Shown here: piece by piece, positions 35,793 through 38,346 of the stretch | Position numbering within the stretch: position 1 is the first letter of the stretch | How the letters are laid out: every line of letters begins with the position of its first letter | Made by a program: the position numbers and the translations under genes | The notes under the pieces: generated by a model | What the model saw: the letters and a program-made list of their open reading frames with translations, nothing else | The model's database searches: none | Told to the model about the DNA's origin: nothing | IMG/VR virus record: IMGVR_UViG_3300042892_004166 | Location: 79,097 to 117,442 of that record | Direction: 5' to 3' (one strand) | Source: a virus | Lineage: Duplodnaviria > Heunggongvirae > Uroviricota > Caudoviricetes | DNA length: 38,346 bases

Positions 35793-36450
35793 ATTTAGGT
35801 CCGGCACGTCCGGAATCCACCCCTCCCCCACAATAAAAAAGAAATAAATCTAATAAACCTAAAACAAAAACATCTAAGACATCTAAACCTCTATATAGAT
35901 ATACAGATATAAGAATAACAGTATAAGGATATAAACCCCCTATAAAGAACCCTTCTACCCCTCCTGACCCCCATACCTGTCCAGATTCTAAGCCCCTTAT
36001 GGTCCTACCAACCCTCCCTAACCCCTTTCAATCTCCAGCCAACCAGGTACCCCAGTTCTACCTTTTTTATTAAAATGATATATAGCAGGCACTCCAAGCT
36101 CGCAATGTCACCTCAATGTTCCTCTAAGGGCCCCTTCATGTTCCTCAATGTTCCTCATTGGGCCTTAAACCTCTCGTCGAGTTGGGTCACCCTCCGAGAC
36201 ACTCCGGACCCTCTCCACACTCCTGGGCACCACAAAAACCAACCGAAACCATGCCCAGCACCAGATTTCTACCAGTTCCTAGTGCCGCAGCGGGTGAAAC
36301 AATTCTGCCTTGCCCGGCCATTGGTAATCGTCCCTTGCCCCAGCGGGTATTTTGAAACTGCCAGCCTCGGAATACAAGAATTCCGGGAACACCACACTCC
36401 CGGAAATCTCTATCTAATTAAGGCAGTTTCGGCTGCCAGCCGTATATTTG
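35793..36450. other. long non-coding region at the convergence of the two transcription blocks
   Basis: No credible ORF; strong C-over-G skew in the first half; short repeats and hairpins in a more GC-rich second half. Confidence 0.6.
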
Positions 36451-37560
36451 TTATAGTTCTACCAGGGTTTTTAATTCCTCAGGTACGGCATCCTTGTCGA
36501 AACCGAATAGTTTGTCGAAGGCATTACTTTCTCCTGTTAGGGCTTTTCTTTCCTCAGCTAGGACCTCGTCGTTAAATAGGTCTCTTGTATATCGGCCTTC
36601 GTCGAAGGAAACACCATCTGATAATTCGAAATATAGTTTTTTACCGACTTGACCTGTTCTGTTTTTAGAGAACTCCATGAACCTTCTACCTGAGTTTTCG
36701 TTTCCGTCCCAGTCCAACATCATCATCGCAGTTGTCATGTGTTTCAGTTTATTAGAACCAACGAAATTACCACCTTTAGATAATTGCAGGATAGTTACGA
36801 AGGTTGTATATGTTTTCGTCTTGTTACCACCTTTATTATGCTGAGTCATTAGGTCTAGGAACCATTTTTCGGTTTTACCTCTGGTCATGTTACATTCCTC
36901 CTTGATGGTATCGTTAACTTCGGTATATGAATCGGTTAAGACAACGTCCCATCCTTGGTTAAGTACACCTTCAATTACTCCTTTTGGACAAGACTCAGTG
37001 TAGTCAGATAGGAAAAGGATAGGTAATTGTCCCCAGTGTGGGAATCTTTTAAGGTAACGTGCCATATCTATCTGGTTCATTTCGGCAGATATAAATAAGA
37101 CCCGTTTACCTTGAGCAGATAGCTTAGATAGAAGTTCTAATAGCACTGTTGTTTTACCGACACCAGGAGCTCCAGCAGCCATTATATTAGTTCCAGGTAA
37201 GAATCCACCTTCAGTTGAACAAAACTGGTCAAAGATAGTTCCAGTTGGAAGGCTGGTAAATAGGGAATCATCGATATTTAAGTCGTCTAATTTGGTAAGT
37301 GTAACCTCAACAGGGGCACAAGGGTTAACCGATTGAGGTTGTTTAGATGTTGAGGTTCCGTAATCGTTATTATAGTCCTTATTACTTGTCCATCTACCAG
37401 TTTCGGTGATGTTGATAATACGGTTAGCGTCTTGGTTTTGGACCCAAGTATATTTTGAATGACCAGGCTCGATTAAGAGGGTGTCAATTGGGTTTTTCGT
37501 GTTTACTAAAACGATGAATTCGTTAGGTTGTGTGCGGATTAAGTAAGATTGTCTGTTCAT
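36451..37560 (-). CDS. RecA-family ATPase, RadA/Sms-like core
   Basis: FDQF....GGFLPG...AGAPGVGKTT (Walker A), LFISAEM, VLTDS (Walker B), FSKNRTG (RadA KNRxG motif). No N-terminal C4 zinc finger or Lon-like C-terminal domain seen. Confidence 0.8.
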   Translation of the reverse strand: MNRQSYLIRTQPNEFIVLVNTKNPIDTLLIEPGHSKYTWVQNQDANRIINITETGRWTSNKDYNNDYGTSTSKQPQSVNPCAPVEVTLTKLDDLNIDDSLFTSLPTGTIFDQFCSTEGGFLPGTNIMAAGAPGVGKTTVLLELLSKLSAQGKRVLFISAEMNQIDMARYLKRFPHWGQLPILFLSDYTESCPKGVIEGVLNQGWDVVLTDSYTEVNDTIKEECNMTRGKTEKWFLDLMTQHNKGGNKTKTYTTFVTILQLSKGGNFVGSNKLKHMTTAMMMLDWDGNENSGRRFMEFSKNRTGQVGKKLYFELSDGVSFDEGRYTRDLFNDEVLAEERKALTGESNAFDKLFGFDKDAVPEELKTLVEL

Positions 37561-37581
37561 AATGTGGTGTTTTAATTAGAT

Positions 37582-37615
37582 ATGTAAATATAATCAATAT
37601 TGTGGAAACCGGAAA
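37582..37615 (-). promoter_or_regulatory. putative early promoter, copy 3
   Basis: - strand TTTCCGGTTTCCACAATATTGATTATATTTACAT, colinear with the other three copies. Confidence 0.7.
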
Positions 37616-37643
37616 CTTTTAAATGTTAAAAGTTTGTTAAAGT

Positions 37644-38117
37644 TTATGCAACTTTCTGGGTTTGAAGAGCTTTACCCCAGATAGGAGCAAATCTCTTAGC
37701 CAACTCCTTACCGTAGGCAGAGTATGCTATACCTTGGTTCCAAAGGAAATGCTCATAGTCATAACCATAATCTTCTACAGCACCTTCAGCGATCCAACGT
37801 AATGCAGTAACCTCATCGTTTGCACCTATAGCGATTGTATTAGTTATAAGGGCACGGAACGCGATATCAGCCTCCATTTCGGCCATTTCCTCTTCGTGTC
37901 TATTAATCTTACATGTCGCTTCGAAACGGTCAAAATCAGCCTCCAGTTCCTCAGTGGTTAAGGCATATACATTAATAGTACGAGGACGGAAACCGTAGGC
38001 ATCCTTATGAAAATCAGAATATAGTAAAATCATATTCTCTCTGTGAGTCAACTCGTAGTTATGAGCCAATTTAGATTCGATTTCGTTTTGTTCGGTGATT
38101 TGTGCTTGAGTCATCAT
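37644..38117 (-). CDS. conserved phage hypothetical protein (YSDxHKDAYGFRPR family)
   Basis: LYSDFHKDAYGFRPR...IGA.D..TALRWI motif that I recognise from T4-like phage hypotheticals; function unknown. Confidence 0.75.
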   Translation of the reverse strand: MMTQAQITEQNEIESKLAHNYELTHRENMILLYSDFHKDAYGFRPRTINVYALTTEELEADFDRFEATCKINRHEEEMAEMEADIAFRALITNTIAIGANDEVTALRWIAEGAVEDYGYDYEHFLWNQGIAYSAYGKELAKRFAPIWGKALQTQKVA

Positions 38118-38141
38118 GGTGTTTCTTTGTTAAAATTAGAT

Positions 38142-38175
38142 ATGTAAATATAATCAATATCCACGACACTGGAAA
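38142..38175 (-). promoter_or_regulatory. putative early promoter, copy 4
   Basis: - strand TTTCCAGTGTCGTGGATATTGATTATATTTACAT; 27 nt identical with copy 3 (38134-38160 vs 37574-37600). Confidence 0.7.
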
Positions 38176-38218
38176 CAGTTTTTCAAATTATTTTCAAAAA
38201 GTTATTAACAATTTCACA

Positions 38219-38251
38219 TAAAAAAGGGACCTATGTGAGAATGGTCCCTTT
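38219..38251 (-). terminator. intrinsic terminator for an upstream - strand gene outside the window
   Basis: - strand AAAGGGACC-(11 nt)-GGTCCCTTT followed by TT. Confidence 0.7.
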
Positions 38252-38346
38252 AATTCCGATATGCAGACTACCAAATATTAGTTTAATAATGAACCACTAC
38301 GTACTAAGTCTCTACCTCTAAAAAGGTCTGGCATAGTATTTTCGTG

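Noticed and set aside
35793-36450. tRNA, tmRNA or RNase P RNA in the non-coding region
   Set aside because: No cloverleaf, TpsiC/CCA end or GAGGAAAGUCC-type conserved core could be found on either strand by eye.
36075-36575. 166-aa and 65-aa + strand ORFs in the convergence region
   Set aside because: Pro/His/Cys-rich composition and codon usage unlike the other genes; the longer one runs antisense into the RadA-like gene and starts within the promoter motif itself.
1-38346. Stop-codon reassignment, as in some large phages
   Set aside because: TAA, TAG and TGA all end genes at tightly packed junctions and long ORFs are intact in the standard code.

Overview
This is an AT-rich segment of a large T4-like (myovirus-type jumbo) phage genome in the standard genetic code. 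The host is probably Bacteroidota, inferred from TAnnTTT(A/G)-type promoters and the absence of Shine-Dalgarno motifs. Positions 1-35.8 kb are transcribed on the + strand and contain: (i) a degenerate gp21-type prohead protease, a GIY-YIG homing endonuclease sitting in the 5' end of thymidylate synthase, a GH73 muralytic enzyme, a ferritin and a 5'(3')-deoxyribonucleotidase; (ii) twelve genes whose products begin with a T4 capsid-targeting-sequence-like leader (MKxxxxFExFxxE), several built as multi-domain chains punctuated by prohead-protease-like cleavage sites; (iii) a holin-like gene whose start codon is locked in a 17-bp hairpin with a promoter motif in the loop; (iv) a ~21-kb block of virion fibre/adhesin genes (Pro-poor Gly-X-Gln collagen, lectin-like knobs, S74 chaperone, beta-propeller, DUF285/BspA repeats), containing a 104-nt multibranch RNA-like element with four or five small hairpins. 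A ~660-nt non-coding, C-skewed and structured region separates this from a convergent - strand early block (RadA/Sms-like ATPase and a conserved phage hypothetical). All family calls come from motif recognition by eye; no database search was run.
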